From contig NC_043000.1 of the NCBI RefSeq assembly GCF_006345805.1, positions 31,496,001-31,560,000 on the forward strand: DNA of 64,000 nt, given 5' to 3'. The notes under the pieces were generated by a model, which was not told the DNA's origin, did not search any database, and saw only the letters and a list, made by a program, of their open reading frames with translations. The stretch is from Octopus sinensis (taxonomy: Eukaryota). This document shows, in pieces, positions 11,973-25,692 of this stretch. A program made the position numbers and the translations under genes. Position 1 is the stretch's first letter, and every line of letters starts with the position of its first letter.

Positions 11973-12947
11973 TTAAGGTATGTAGAAAAATACAACATGG
12001 ACAAGAACGTATAACTCTTAGAAGACGATACAATAAACACGGACAGGACATTCGAAACCCTCAGTCTTCAGTCAAGAACCGGATCATCGTAGTAATTTCG
12101 GCTGATTAATCTTGAGATTACTAGATCACGGCCAGCCCTCCAAGAAAAACTAAGCAACGAGCATTAGAAAAACTAAGCTGGGAGCGTAGATTTCCTAGAA
12201 GAAGGATCGAATGCATACGGACACCAGGACAGCAAAACGGACGAATATAAAAAAACAAAAAAATAATGGATACAGAAACATGAAATACAGAAGCATTAAC
12301 GGTGAAAACAACAAGTGTCTTACGACTGATAAAAGCAAACAAATTTTTTCTCTGGCGCGAGGAAAGGAGCCTTATCGGCGATGCCTATAGCGGCGGACGA
12401 AAACAACGATGTTAACACGACGCTGGTCAGAAGCTGAAAGGCAGATTTCGGCCAGCAGTCACGTGACAGAGAAGAGAGAAAAGAAAAGAAAAGAAAGAGA
12501 AGCAACGGAAGAGAGAGAGAGAGGAGAGAGAGAGAGGAGGACAAACGCAACAAAGAGAGAGAAGAGAGAGAAAGAAGGAATCAGAGAGGAGAAGGGATGG
12601 GTGTCGAAGATTGACCTGTGAGTGCAGAGCGAGACAAAGAAATAGGAGGGTAGTGGAAGATTAGACCAAAGAATCAGAGGAAAGAGAAGAGAAAAAGAGG
12701 ATGAGTAGAGAGAGAAGGGGACAGATCAAGTAAAAGTGAGAGAGAGAGAGAGGTAAAAGTGAGAGAGAGAGAGAGACAAACAAAGAGTCGTACCAGTTAT
12801 TAAGAATATGTGCTCACATTAATGTTAAGAGGGTACGTGGCGCCTGGAATATATGTTAAGGTATGTAGAAAAATACAACATGGACAAGAACGTATAACTC
12901 TTAGAAGACGATACAATAAACACGGACAGGACATTCGAAACCCTCAG
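11973..12947 (-). mobile_element. Non-coding repeat family B: 883-nt unit with 92-bp identical terminal direct repeats
   Basis: 11973-12064 is identical to 12856-12947; no ORF with recognisable homology; related to 46690-46915. Confidence 0.8.
12061..12127 (-). ncRNA. Permuted hammerhead ribozyme candidate, family B (AUC site, cut between 12116 and 12115)
   Basis: Minus: GAUC UAGUAAUC|UCAAGA UUAA UCAGCC GAAAUUACUA CGAU GAUC CGGU UCUUGA CUGAAGA CUGA. P3 is 7+4 bp, P1 is 6 bp, P2 is CUGA/UCAG with two unpaired C. Confidence 0.7.
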
Positions 12948-13832
12948 AGAGAGAGAGAGAGAGAAATCTCAGTAGATTGAAAATAAAGTAAACAACGTTA
13001 ATCAAATTTCGAATATTATTGGATTCTTATTAGAGGCGTCTCACTCAACTTGGACAGTCTCTGTAGAATGAGCTTACAATCTGTTTCTATATTCAACAAT
13101 TCCAGTTGCTACAGAAAGATAGAGCAACTAAATTGCATACCATACGTGTTAACACTTTATTTGAAGTCTTGGGTCTGTCAACGGGGATCTCAGTAGCAAA
13201 TTTTGATATATATGTAACCTTTATAGTAAATATGTAAACAGACAGAATTGTGTGTCTGTGTGTGTGTGTACCTTCATAATTGATTGCTAGTATCATACTG
13301 ATGTGACTTGCACTTAAGCTAAAGAAACTACAAGTAAAAGTACTCAATACTGTGAAAGAAGCGGAATAATATTCTCATATCATGTTATATTATTATTATT
13401 ATTATTTTCACTCGGACATACTTGTTAGCTGATATCTGCCACTGCTTCATTGGTCTTTTCAATTTTCTTCGAATAACATTCCAAGTCTTGAACGTCAAGT
13501 ACTTTTAGGTCTTTATTTTTATTTTTTGTAAATTTTTTTCTATTGGCCAGACTGGCGATGGGAAGGGGCAAGCATGTCGCTACGTATTTCCTGTCATTCG
13601 TAAGAAATAATCAATCGTGTTGTTTTTGTATATATTTGCATATATTTGCATTAATTTTCGGATGGAAAGCAATTGACATCTCTTAGTCCACAGTTTAGAG
13701 AGAGGTACCACTTAGAAAATCATCCGTTATCACAGAACAGGATTCTCTGTTACATTAGCGTCCATATCACTTATGACAAGTAATATTGATTTCGTCTACA
13801 TAGAAAACACAACACCAAATTTTGTAGTAGAA

Positions 13833-13849
<17 letters not shown>

Positions 13850-13917
<68 letters not shown>
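13850..13917. repeat. (TAG)n microsatellite
   Basis: Perfect AGT/TAG array. Confidence 0.95.
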
Positions 13918-13918
<1 letters not shown>

Positions 13919-14050
13919 AAGGTGCGTGTGGCAGCAGCAGTAGCTTTACTGCATGTTATTCCACCCTAGGTGTAAAACTGATATTTGTTTCATCGACCCT
14001 ATTGATTGAAAAACTGTGTTGACCTTAGCTGGACGGGAATTAGAACGACC

Positions 14051-14122
<72 letters not shown>

Positions 14123-14278
14123 ATACTCCAGTATTTAAACTTCCACTCAGCTATTTACAATAACTTACCATTATTATGGTCATGAGCTGTTGTCATTAGT
14201 ATGCGTGTATACATATATACAAATATACACAAAAATACGCACACACACATACACACACACACACACATACATACATAT

Positions 14279-14343
<65 letters not shown>

Positions 14344-14717
14344 TATCATTATATTAAGGGCTATTACTACACGTAAATGCCTCACGCTGTTAAGGGACTC
14401 TGAAGTCAAACTACTTGAATAAATTTTCACGGCACCGAATGCGGGGGAATGCAACTTGGAAGATGCCTTTTAAAAACAGATTTAGTCGCAAATCATTAAT
14501 GATTTTATGGTTAGCGTACTTAATACACTTTCCAATCATCAGAACACATAAACATGAACATTTGTACATACCAAGTGAACTGCAAACATATCCAACATAG
14601 TATACACAATTGCTCACACTTATATAACCCTGTAAAAGGAGGGCTTCTCAAATTACATCTCAGTATACGTGTATAGTCTGAATAATTCAGCACTGAATAT
14701 ATTCCAGTTTAATTTTA

Positions 14718-14794
<77 letters not shown>

Positions 14795-15325
14795 TTTCTA
14801 GTTTCAGCTCAGAGCTGCGGCCATGCTGATGCACCGCCGTTTTGTGCTACATTGTTATTGCGACGAACCTCGTCTAATATGTGGCACTTGGTGAAGAATG
14901 GGGTTTGATACAGCTACTCTCATTTGCACCTCTTGCAAATATAGGGAGAGTTTACGAAAAAAAACAAAAAACAAAAAAACAAAAGATGAAGACGGGTGGT
15001 GTACAAAACAAACAGATGTATTATATTAATACGTTTCGAGCCTTGGGAGTATATCTCGCCAAATAAAGACTTTGTGAGTTGCTGCTCACAGTCCCGAATA
15101 TTTCATGAGGTTAATGCTTTTGTGTGGGTGTTTGAGTGAAATTTTTTTAGCTCTCATTTCTAGGAATTGTAGGTGCAATTTTGCACCCTTGTTTATTAAT
15201 TTTACCTTGCTGGTCTTAATTGCTATAACCACGTATATCATAATATATTATGGCCGCAGTCAAATGACTGAAGCAAATAAAAAAATATATATATGTGTGT
15301 GTGTGTCTATGTGTGTGTATAGTGC

Positions 15326-15369
<44 letters not shown>

Positions 15370-15473
15370 ATAGGATATGAGGAGTATACGTCAGGATAAC
15401 AAAAACTAGTAGGTATGCGTTCTTAGTACTCAAACGAGTATGCCGTGTATCTATGTGTATATGTATGTGTGTG

Positions 15474-15579
<106 letters not shown>

Positions 15580-15704
15580 CTTGTCTGAGTCATTAGACTC
15601 CGACCATACTGGAGTACCACCATAATAATATATTTTCATGTTTTGAGTGCTATTTTCTTGTTTGCATCACCAAATATATCTATCTATGTGTCTATATATC
15701 TGTC

Positions 15705-15744
<40 letters not shown>

Positions 15745-15748
<4 letters not shown>

Positions 15749-15950
15749 GTGCAAAAAGTTCCTGGGTCGCGCAAAAGGCCTGGTTGAATGCCGAAACTTC
15801 AGAATTTTTTTACGGGTCTTAGAAAAACTGAAGGACCACTGCCATAATTGTATGAATCCGAGTGGAGACTATGCTAAATAAAATCACAACTAACTGATTC
15901 TCCTGTCTTTTCTTTTACCCAAAGCCAGGAACTTTTCCTGCACTCTCTCG
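15745..15950 (+). mobile_element. Mariner-derived MITE
   Basis: TIRs GGGTGCAAAAAGTTCCTGG / CCAGGAACTTTTCCTGCAC..CG followed by TA; internal LKKLKDHCHNCMNPSGDYAK* resembles the mariner transposase C-terminus. Confidence 0.7.
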
Positions 15951-16010
15951 TATATATGTGTATGTATGTATGCATATATTGCTGCTTATCAATGTTGCGT
16001 ACTGCTTGAA

Positions 16011-16072
<62 letters not shown>

Positions 16073-16315
16073 ATGTGTATATGTATGTATGTATGTATTA
16101 TGAGACATGGTACCACTTGGCCCAATAGACGGTCGTTTCCAGCGCGCACTGAATGGGTTCGCTACCGAGTGTTGCAAGGAAGGGATGAGAATAGTTAGCA
16201 CGCCCCCCGGCCCGTCCTAGCGGTTCTGCCACCTCGACGTCTTAAAATGATAATCATAATAATAACAATAATAATAATAATAGTATACACACACATATAT
16301 GTATATATCTGTATG

Positions 16316-16375
<60 letters not shown>

Positions 16376-16592
16376 ATATATATAATATATATATTTAAAT
16401 AAGCACAAAGATATCCAAGGTAGTGTAGTACAATTGTTTCATGCTACTTCATTTTATCTTTGTTGCTTATTTTGATTATAATCACCCCATTTGATTTATA
16501 TGGATAATACCATACTAAATTCTGGTGCTTTAACTTAAGTACCATATTCATCTGAATCTAAATTTTGCTGAACTTGTATATATATATATATG

Positions 16593-16642
<50 letters not shown>

Positions 16643-17524
16643 TGTTGGTGGGTATGTATGTATATATGAATGTATGTAATCTTTCCGACCATGTTCATAA
16701 CGCTCGACCGAAGGAATTCGTTTCCAACCCCTCCCCTCCCCGCTATGTTGAATCATATCATCTGAAAAAAGAACATATTCCACGCAACACAAATTTTCAG
16801 TTTAAACTTCCATTCCAACTTCATTCCGTCTACCCTTCTATTCAAACTGCATAAAATATTTTCTTTTAACTCTGTCTACGAACGTTACTTTGCCATCGCT
16901 TTTATTTCATTGTGATATTTATTTAGAATAATTTCAATAAACTTCTTTTTTTTTTTTACATGAGATCGGATGATGCGTTTTTGTGAATTAATACAATCGA
17001 ACAAATTGAAAGCCCCAAACACACACACACACACACTCATATATATTACATGGTAGGTGAATATGTATATATTCATATTCTTAGAAATGTATTTACCCCC
17101 GTGTAATATATAATATAACACATACACACACATACACACATATATACACCCACATCTCAACACATAGTTCCATACAAATATTTAGAGAGAATTGACAAGT
17201 GTGTAATATTGCGATATTGCTTCGTTTGCAGCTTTAAGTAAATAGTAGTAACATGCCTGCTGGTAGTTTATTGGATACAGATCAGCGCACACGTGCCGGA
17301 AAAGATGTGTGCTTCCACCTACACAAATAAGTCTCTATGTATATTTGTAGGCAGAAAGAGAAAGAGGGGGGAGAGAGAGATGTATTATAAAATTTAGAAT
17401 CTTCGAAAAGCAGGATTTTTGCAGATGTGAGTTCGAGTCCCACGGGTACCTTCGACTTACTTCATTCAAGGGGTTTTTTTAAGCTATATCTATAACTTTA
17501 TCTACTTCGGGTTGCACCATTAAA

Positions 17525-17590
<66 letters not shown>

Positions 17591-17920
17591 CACGCACACA
17601 ACACACACATACACTTCTGCATGCACACACGTGTACACATGTAGTTGTTCCTATGTTTGCAGAGTAACTCAAATCTTTACAGCTTGGGCAAATATATTTT
17701 CATACATCATTAACTCATTTACTTCTCTTATATTACATAAACACTATGTTGTCCCTTCGTTTCCAATGGCGTAGCTGCCATAGGAGCAAAGAGCGCTACC
17801 GCTCATCCTGAGCACACTTTTTCAAAATTGGCGTTTTCCTCAGTTTTTTTTTTTTTTAACTTTTTAGTTCACTTATGCGATAAAAGTCGAATCTTTTTAT
17901 TTATTTATTTATCTATTTAT

Positions 17921-18148
17921 CTATTTCTTTATTACCCACAAGGGGCTAAACATAGAGAGGACAAACAAAGACAGACAAACGGATTAAGTCGATTACATCG
18001 ACCCCAATGCGTAACTGGTACTTAATTTATCGACTCCGAAAGGATGAAAGGCAAAGTTGACCTCGGCGGAATTTGAACTCAGAACATAAAGGCCGACGAA
18101 ATATGGCTACGCATTTCGCCCGGCGTGCTAACGTTTCTGCCAGCTCGC
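17921..18148 (-). mobile_element. SINE family 1
   Basis: Reverse complement of the 3845-4070 family, full length. Confidence 0.9.
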
Positions 18149-18490
18149 GTATATATATATACATGTGTGTGTGTGTGTGTGTGTATGCGTGCATGCGTGC
18201 GCGCGCGTGTGTACACCAAGATATACATATGTCTCCAACATAGAGAAGCATACAAATACAGACACGTACATACGCGCGCGGACTTATCTAATTTTGGTCG
18301 TTCTACTCATGTCACCAATTAATCCCATCAGTTTCCTTTTATTTCAAGTACTTTCCTTTTAACTCTTTCGGTATTCCCACAACCAATGGAGGCGGTTGTT
18401 CATCAAAAGAGACATGTTTAGAACTGTTTATTATCTGGTATTAACAGTTCCATCTCCTTGTCACCACCACCATCGTCAAGAGCGACGACA

Positions 18491-18870
18491 GTGGAGGTGC
18501 AATGGCCCAGTGGTTAGGGCAGCGGACTCGCGGTCTGAGGCTCGCGGTTTCGATTCCCAGACCGGGCGTTGTGTGTGTTTATTGAGCGAAAACACCTAAA
18601 GCTCCACGAGGCTCCGGCAAGAGGTGGTGGCGACCCCTGTTGTACTCTTTCGCACCAACTTTCTCTCACTCTTTCTTCCTGAGCCTGGATGCAACCGCTG
18701 AGCCTGGATGCGCATTCATCCATCCGTCGATGCTCTCAGTGTCGGGGGTTGACCTGCTCTCTCTTCTGCGGGTCTTACGAATAGCAAAGGACCACGTTTC
18801 GGACTTCTCCCATCTTGCGAGCTCTGGGACGAAGACCGTTCGCTCAACTGCAACAGCAACGACAACAAAA
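18491..18870 (+). mobile_element. SINE family 3, tail type gamma
   Basis: Family 3 head plus GAGCCTGGATGC..GGGACGAAGACCGTTCG tail ending in CAA/CAG repeats; same composite at 61350-61726. Confidence 0.9.
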
Positions 18871-19232
18871 GCACCGATTTTGTCGTTGTTGTATGAAAGA
18901 AGAGGAAAGCGGTGAGAAAAAGTTATTAATCCTCTTCGGTTTTGTCTCTTTTCATTCTATTCAAATATTTATTCTTACTTATTAACATATTTTTATTGCT
19001 TTCAAATCCTCTCTGTATGTATGCATGTATGTATACGTATATCTTCGCTACACTTGCATATGTTCTAACACATATCTACACCAATACAAAGGCATGCACA
19101 CCAACATAAACACTTAAAATATGTAAAAATGCATGAATGTACGCATCTATGTATGCATACTTGCATGTGTGTGTTTATATGTACATACATATATATATAT
19201 ATTTGTATATATGTAATATTTATGTGAGTTTG

Positions 19233-19291
<59 letters not shown>

Positions 19292-20084
19292 GGTCGTACT
19301 CGTGGATTTCGACGCATGAGTGTTTGAAGAAGAGGATTTGAAGTTAAAGAGAGAAATAAAAGCAAAGGGAAAAGAGAAATCACCTTTCTGTGGTGTGTAT
19401 CGTTATCTGCGCATGCGTTTGCGCCTGTATCTCTGTGTGCACGTGTGCCCCTGTCTATATGTTTCGTATATGTGTGTTGTGTGTGTGTGTCCACAGTGTA
19501 TGTCCTCTATTTAATTTTATTTTATTCATTCATTTACTTATGTATTTCTCAATTTTTCTCTCATTCCCTCTTAAGTACGTGTATGTGTGCCTTGTGTGTG
19601 TTTTTTGAGTGTATGTATGATACTTCTTTTATCTGTGTCTTTTTTTTCTCATTCTGACTTTAGTCATCATGTTGCGCAGTGTGAAGGGAAGTTATTGCTC
19701 TATTGCTGTTTTCAGTTGAGGCTCGGCCTGTCAATTACTATGTGTATGACCTCTGTAATCTGTCAAAGTGACGTGTCTGTTATATATGTTGATAATACCT
19801 TAACATCTTTGTTATTAACCGAGACTCTATGTTCTAATTGAGCATATTGGTAGACCACTGACAAGCTTCTTTCCTATTTGAGCTCCCGCCAACGCTCACC
19901 TTTCCGCTCCTTTATGCTATGTGTTATATCCTCAATGCATGTTGTTCTACATTCCCAATCTGACAGTTGACCTGTGGGTTCATCCTACATACTTGACAGT
20001 TATCCATCCGTACATGACGGCTTTCATTATATATATATTTATATATGTATGTATCTATCTATATTATCTATGTATGTAGGTAAA

Positions 20085-20086
<2 letters not shown>

Positions 20087-20142
<56 letters not shown>

Positions 20143-20233
20143 CATCTATCTATCTATCTATCTATATCTATCTATCTATCTATTTTTCTGTCTGTATGTA
20201 TGTATGTATGTACGTACGTACCTACCTACCTAC

Positions 20234-20282
<49 letters not shown>

Positions 20283-20375
20283 ATCTATCTATATATATAT
20301 CATATCTATAATATATATATATATAGATATATAGATATATATATATATAGATAGATATATAGATATATATATTAG

Positions 20376-20463
<88 letters not shown>

Positions 20464-20500
20464 GTATATATATATCTATATCTATATATATGTATATATA
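20087..20500. repeat. (TATC)n/(TA)n compound microsatellite
   Basis: Direct reading. Confidence 0.95.
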
Positions 20501-20675
20501 TATATAAGCTCAAGCATTTTCAAGCGCGGGACGGCGAAAGATTCTTGAATGCAATAACATAATATTCTATTTCTTTTATTTTAGTTTATTTCAATCTAAT
20601 ATCTTGAAAATAACTTTCTGTATGTGAAAAAAGATATAAATGAACTAAAGAGAATTTCTCGCATTTCGTCTAGCA

Positions 20676-20726
20676 TTCTTCTTCTTCTTCTTCTTCTTCT
20701 ACTTCTTCTTCTTCTTCTTCTTCTTC

Positions 20727-20784
<58 letters not shown>
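20676..20784. repeat. (CTT)n-(ATT)n compound microsatellite
   Basis: Direct reading. Confidence 0.95.
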
Positions 20785-20786
<2 letters not shown>

Positions 20787-21282
20787 ATTTATTATATATA
20801 AATGTGTGTGTGTGTATATATTTACAAACACTGACGCATACACACAGACGCACATATATATATATATATAGATATATATATATATGCATCTGCCAAAAAA
20901 CCTCAGAAATTCGGTGATTTTTTGAGGCGTGGAGTGGATGTCTTCAAAAGGCGTTTGAACAGATTCTTATCTGAGATAGAACGTTTTCCTTCCTTTCGAT
21001 AATGTCATTCATGACATAAGTACACGTTGTTTTGAAGTTGCTAAAAGCCAACCGACTCAGATGCTTGTCTTCGTTTTTATTTATTGTTCAAATATCAAAT
21101 TCACTTGCATCAAATTGTATCGCAGTATCTGCCGAATCATTTTTGTTTTGAAGTTGATATCATACCATATTTAATGGTATTTCAGACTTAAAAATAAAAA
21201 AAATTTTAAGTTCATGAAAGTTCACACAGGTTCCTATATGCGAAACTGGGCTCATATTACATGCTTTAATGCACTGAAAATG

Positions 21283-22560
21283 TATAAACTAGTCGAAATT
21301 TATAAACTGGGGAAGGTACGAAAGATGATGCTGAGAGAGTCGAAGGACGTGGAAATCAGGCGTAATCCATCAGATGTGAAAACAGCCAGGAAGTGGAAAG
21401 CAGAAGCAGAGACTGATGACATTCTGTCATTTCTTACACACCAAGATATGGTGGGTGCATCGCAAATTCATCGGAAGGGGTTGGTTTTGGCGCAGATCGG
21501 TTCAGACCGTTTGCAAGTATGATGCGGAACGAACGCAGATCTGTTGTTAGCAACAGCTTCAAAACAAGGGAAGCAGAGAGAAGAGAGCTTCATTTGATTC
21601 ACTTCCCTCAACAAGGACAGATAGGAGGAACATGTTGAAAACAAAAATAAGTTGGAATGAGATATGGAGGTGGACCAAAATCTCGGCGAAGTTTTCTGAT
21701 TCGTTCATCCTCTCATGTTCTGTCATCACCTACAAATCTAGCAAGATGGAACTTCTGAGGGAATGATATATGCAAATGCGGTAGGAACACTGAAACATAT
21801 TCTTTCCAACTGTTTACTGGCATTGAACAGATATACATGAAGACACAATCTGGTCCCTAAAGTTATTTTCGATGCTATAAAGAACCAAATTGCTCTCATC
21901 AACAGTGGCCAAAATTCATTGAAAGAAACAACCAGAGATTTCATTACCTTCGTGCGGCCAGGACGGTAGATCCGTATCAAGAAGAAACTTCTTGTGAGCA
22001 ATGAAAAATGGAACGGCTATTGGGTGGTGGCTGCAGATTTACCAGGGTGCCAAGGATTCTTTCCCAACACAATTACGAAGAATCCGGATATCATAATATG
22101 GTATGAAAGAAAGTGGTAAATCTAGTTGCGTTAACGGTTCCTCATGAAGATAACATGGACGCCGCTCGGGCTCGAAAGATTGTCCGTCATGTAAACCTCC
22201 TCGGGGAATGTGAAGACGCGGGCTGGAAAGCGGAGCATTTTCCAATCGAAGTTCGATGTAAATGATTCGTTAGATACAGTGTGAGACAACTGTTGTTATC
22301 GTTAGGCCTAACTCATCGTAAAGCAAATACCACCATGAGTGATATCCAAACTACAGTGGAAAGGGCTAGCCACTGGATTTGGTTAAAAAGAGACGATGAG
22401 CGATGGTTAGAAGAATATTGAGTTATATCTGATAACCAGTTGACCTAGCAAACGGGGATTCATTTCAGGGGGGGGGGTGCGCATTGATGCTGTCGAGAGG
22501 TAGGCCCCGAAACGGCGCGCATTCTCTCCTGATGACTCCATACGCTTGCTGGCTTCCGAT
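21283..22560 (+). mobile_element. HERO-like RLE-type non-LTR retrotransposon, 5'-truncated and decayed (zinc knuckle + restriction-like endonuclease + 3' UTR)
   Basis: Frameshifted translation: CKCG..GTLKHILSNC..RY.WRHN; PDIIIW..LTVPHEDNMDAARARK..CEDAGWKAEHFPIEV..ERASHWIWLKRDDERW. Confidence 0.85.
22478..22540 (+). ncRNA. Permuted hammerhead ribozyme candidate, family G, in the HERO-like 3' UTR (GUC site after 22494)
   Basis: UGCGC AUUGAU GCUGUC|GAGAGG UA GGCCCC GAAACGGC GCGCA UU CUCUC CUGAUGA CUCC. P1 GAGAG/CUCUC; P3 5 bp plus 5-bp extension; P2 weak in this copy. Confidence 0.65.
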
Positions 22561-23349
22561 ATGCGGAGCTTTCGACTGGTATCACTTGCATGTACAAGTT
22601 GTTTGCTAAATACCATATTTAGTGGTATTTCAGACGAAAAAAAAATTCTAAAAGCCCTTAAGAGTTCACACAGGTTCCTATTTTCGAATCTGGGTTCATA
22701 TTACATGCTTTAATGCACTGAAAATACTTTTTACTGAATATACGCTGCTGCAATTGAGTTAAGCTTCATTCGACTGTGCGCCTTTTATGCCACCAACTAC
22801 GAGAATAATTAAATTTGTATTTGGAGAATAATCAAATTTGTCGACATTTCAAACCTTATTAATTAATCTTAAAAATAATTTTTTTAAATATCAAAACGTG
22901 TTATATTAAGGTTTGATCTGCCTCGTTATTTACGAGGCGGAATGAAACTGGTATGAAAGGAAAATGAACAGTAGAGTAGTTAGGTTGTGAAGGGAGAAAG
23001 GAGGAGGGAGCACATAAAAAAAAGGCACCATCGCACTTAACAGTATTTTCACAAATTTCTCTTATATTACGCGAAATATTTCATTGGTTGTAATACACGT
23101 AGTTGTATTCTACGTTCATTAATTTTCTATGTCAGTAACAAAGTCTTTATGTATAAAGGTACAACTACTAACATAGGTATGGCGTGAAAAAGATGAAACT
23201 TCACGGAATCGTCCAGTGTCGTGAGGTTATGATGTCAGGGTTTGTTTTGGTTCTTCAGCGACAAATTCACAGCGACAATGCACTTCTCAATATGTGTGAC
23301 GAACCAGTTAAGACAATATTTTGCACTTCCTGGGTGGATGGTAGGCTAG

Positions 23350-23450
23350 GGATCATTCTCAAATAATTATCATTTCCATATCATTCCAAGTGCTCCTACA
23401 ATCACTGGTGTTGTAACCGTCTGGATGCCTCATCTTTTCGATGTTAATCA
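23350..23450 (-). mobile_element. R4/Dong-like LINE, small RLE 3' fragment
   Basis: Homologous to 31155-31250 (VTTPVIVGALGMI motif). Confidence 0.65.
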
Positions 23451-23504
23451 GCAAATCTTTATATTTTCTGAGCTTATCCAATTCTTTTGCCGAAATATTA
23501 TGAT

Positions 23505-23637
23505 CACAGTACTTCTTTCCTTTATAAGCCTGGTACTTATTCTATCGGTCTCTTTTATCGAGCCGCTAAGTTACGGAGACGTAAACACACTAGCAACAGT
23601 TGTCAAGCAGTGGATGGGGAGACGAACACAGACACTA

Positions 23638-23672
<35 letters not shown>

Positions 23673-23848
23673 CCCACATATATATACGATGGGCTTCTTT
23701 CAGTTTCCGTCTATCAAACCTATTACAAGGCTTTGTCGGCCTGAGGCTATAGAAGACACTTGTCCAAGGTTTTACGCAATGGGGACTAAACCCGGTCCAC
23801 TGTGGTTGGGAAGCAAGCTTCTTATCTCACAGCCACGCCTGCGCCTAT
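23505..23848 (-). mobile_element. SINE family 2 (diverged)
   Basis: Reverse complement of the family 2 head, CORE-like body and tail. Confidence 0.85.
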
Positions 23849-23946
23849 TATTTATTTCTCTATTGTTAATCGTATGGCCTTAGAAGAACTTTCTGGAATC
23901 ATTCATTCATTTGACGAACCTCCCGTGTTTTTGAACTGTCTACTCA

Positions 23947-23974
<28 letters not shown>

Positions 23975-23978
<4 letters not shown>

Positions 23979-24135
23979 TTAACGAAACAAACAAAAGACG
24001 AAGGCAGGTGGTGTACAAAACAAACAGATGTATTAGTATAACGCTCAGGAATAGAAAAAGTCTTTTATGTTTCGAGCCTACGCTCTTCTACAGAAAGGGA
24101 CACAGAAAAAAACAAGGAGAGAAACAAAAAGGAGA
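23975..24135 (-). mobile_element. Short repeat family F, copy 1, with minimal HHR-like motif at 24062-24097
   Basis: Minus: CUUU CUGUAGA A GAGC GUAG GCUC GAAAC AUA AAAG; sister copies at 38555, 50038 and 57345. Confidence 0.8.
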
Positions 24136-24234
24136 GAAAAAAGACAGAAAAAAGGAGAGAAAAAATATATATAAATATATACATAGTCAAAATGATGGTA
24201 CCCCGGAGTTCTCGAGATTAAATTGGAAAAGAAA

Positions 24235-24279
<45 letters not shown>

Positions 24280-25135
24280 AATATATTCTATTTAGTCACA
24301 CGTACCGAGTAGCTTGTCTATATTTTTCTTGGTGCAGATTGCACTCGAAGAAAGAGAAAAAGAATTTTAATTATTCGTTGTCACATATTTGCAATAGTGA
24401 GAAGAAATGTAGCAATGTGATGAAGATCCATCATAATTATTAATTAAATATGTCGCATATGTTGCAGGAGAATATATAAATATATTGTAGACAGGAACAT
24501 ATTTAACGTGGTGCCGTGAAACGCACCAATCAAAAAGAAATAATGAAAACCTAATTTCCAACATTAATAAAACACAGAACAAACTGTGAAAATTAACGTT
24601 TTCGTTCTTTAATATTGCAACATTTCATATATATTTTTCTGTATGTGTGTGGGAGCTATATGGAATAGAACACACACACACACACACAACACACACACAC
24701 ACACACACATTTATATAATATATATACATATTTAAATGCATATGTTTTTGTGGAGGGTAGATGGACATACACACACATATGTCTGTGAGTGTGTATTTCT
24801 ATAAATATATATGAATGTCTATATATTTATACATACATACATTACACATGCATACACACACGCACACACGTGTTTATACATGTATGTATATTTATATACA
24901 CATAAGTAAATATAAATGTATACGTGTATGCACGGATACATGTATGTGTGTTATATTCGTTTTTATATATGTGTATGTGTGTGTATATATATATATATAT
25001 ATATACACGCATATGTATATGTATTTATGTATATGTATCCATATATCTATATGTATGTATATATATATATGCATATATATATATATATATATGCATATAT
25101 CTATATATGTATATGCATATATCTATATGTATATA

Positions 25136-25188
<53 letters not shown>

Positions 25189-25240
25189 ATATGTATATAT
25201 ATAATGTATATATATATATATGTATATATATGTATATATA

Positions 25241-25275
<35 letters not shown>

Positions 25276-25692
25276 CATATATCTATATATATATATGCAT
25301 ATATCTATATATGTATATATATATATATATATATATACACAGTCAGATTCATATGGGTGTGTGCATGTATCTTCATATGGGTGTGTGCACGCTTCTACAA
25401 AATTGATTAAGCTAAGTTCATCATGTGACCGTTAGTTATTTACAATATTTTATGCCCGTGCATGTCTCCATACTTTTTATAGAGTGGACGAAACCGTTGA
25501 TTGCCTGGCTTCTGCTTTATTAATTCCGCAGTTAATGGAATCTCTCGTCTCATATATTTGATAAATAATGCAATTAGTGAGCGGTTGATATGACGAGAGA
25601 ACTATATTGCTATGTGGCTATGAAGTAAGACATGAGAATAAGATGTCAAATCAAGAAGAAATGTCGATAGTTGATTACTCCTGCCGCCAGTA

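Noticed and set aside
16087-16250. Possible LINE 3' tip ending in (ATA)n
   Set aside because: Translation similarity to RTE ends is too weak to call.
18690-18845. Structured SINE gamma tail with GAAAC on the minus strand, considered as an HHR or HDV ribozyme
   Set aside because: No CUGANGA and no HDV nested pseudoknot could be drawn.
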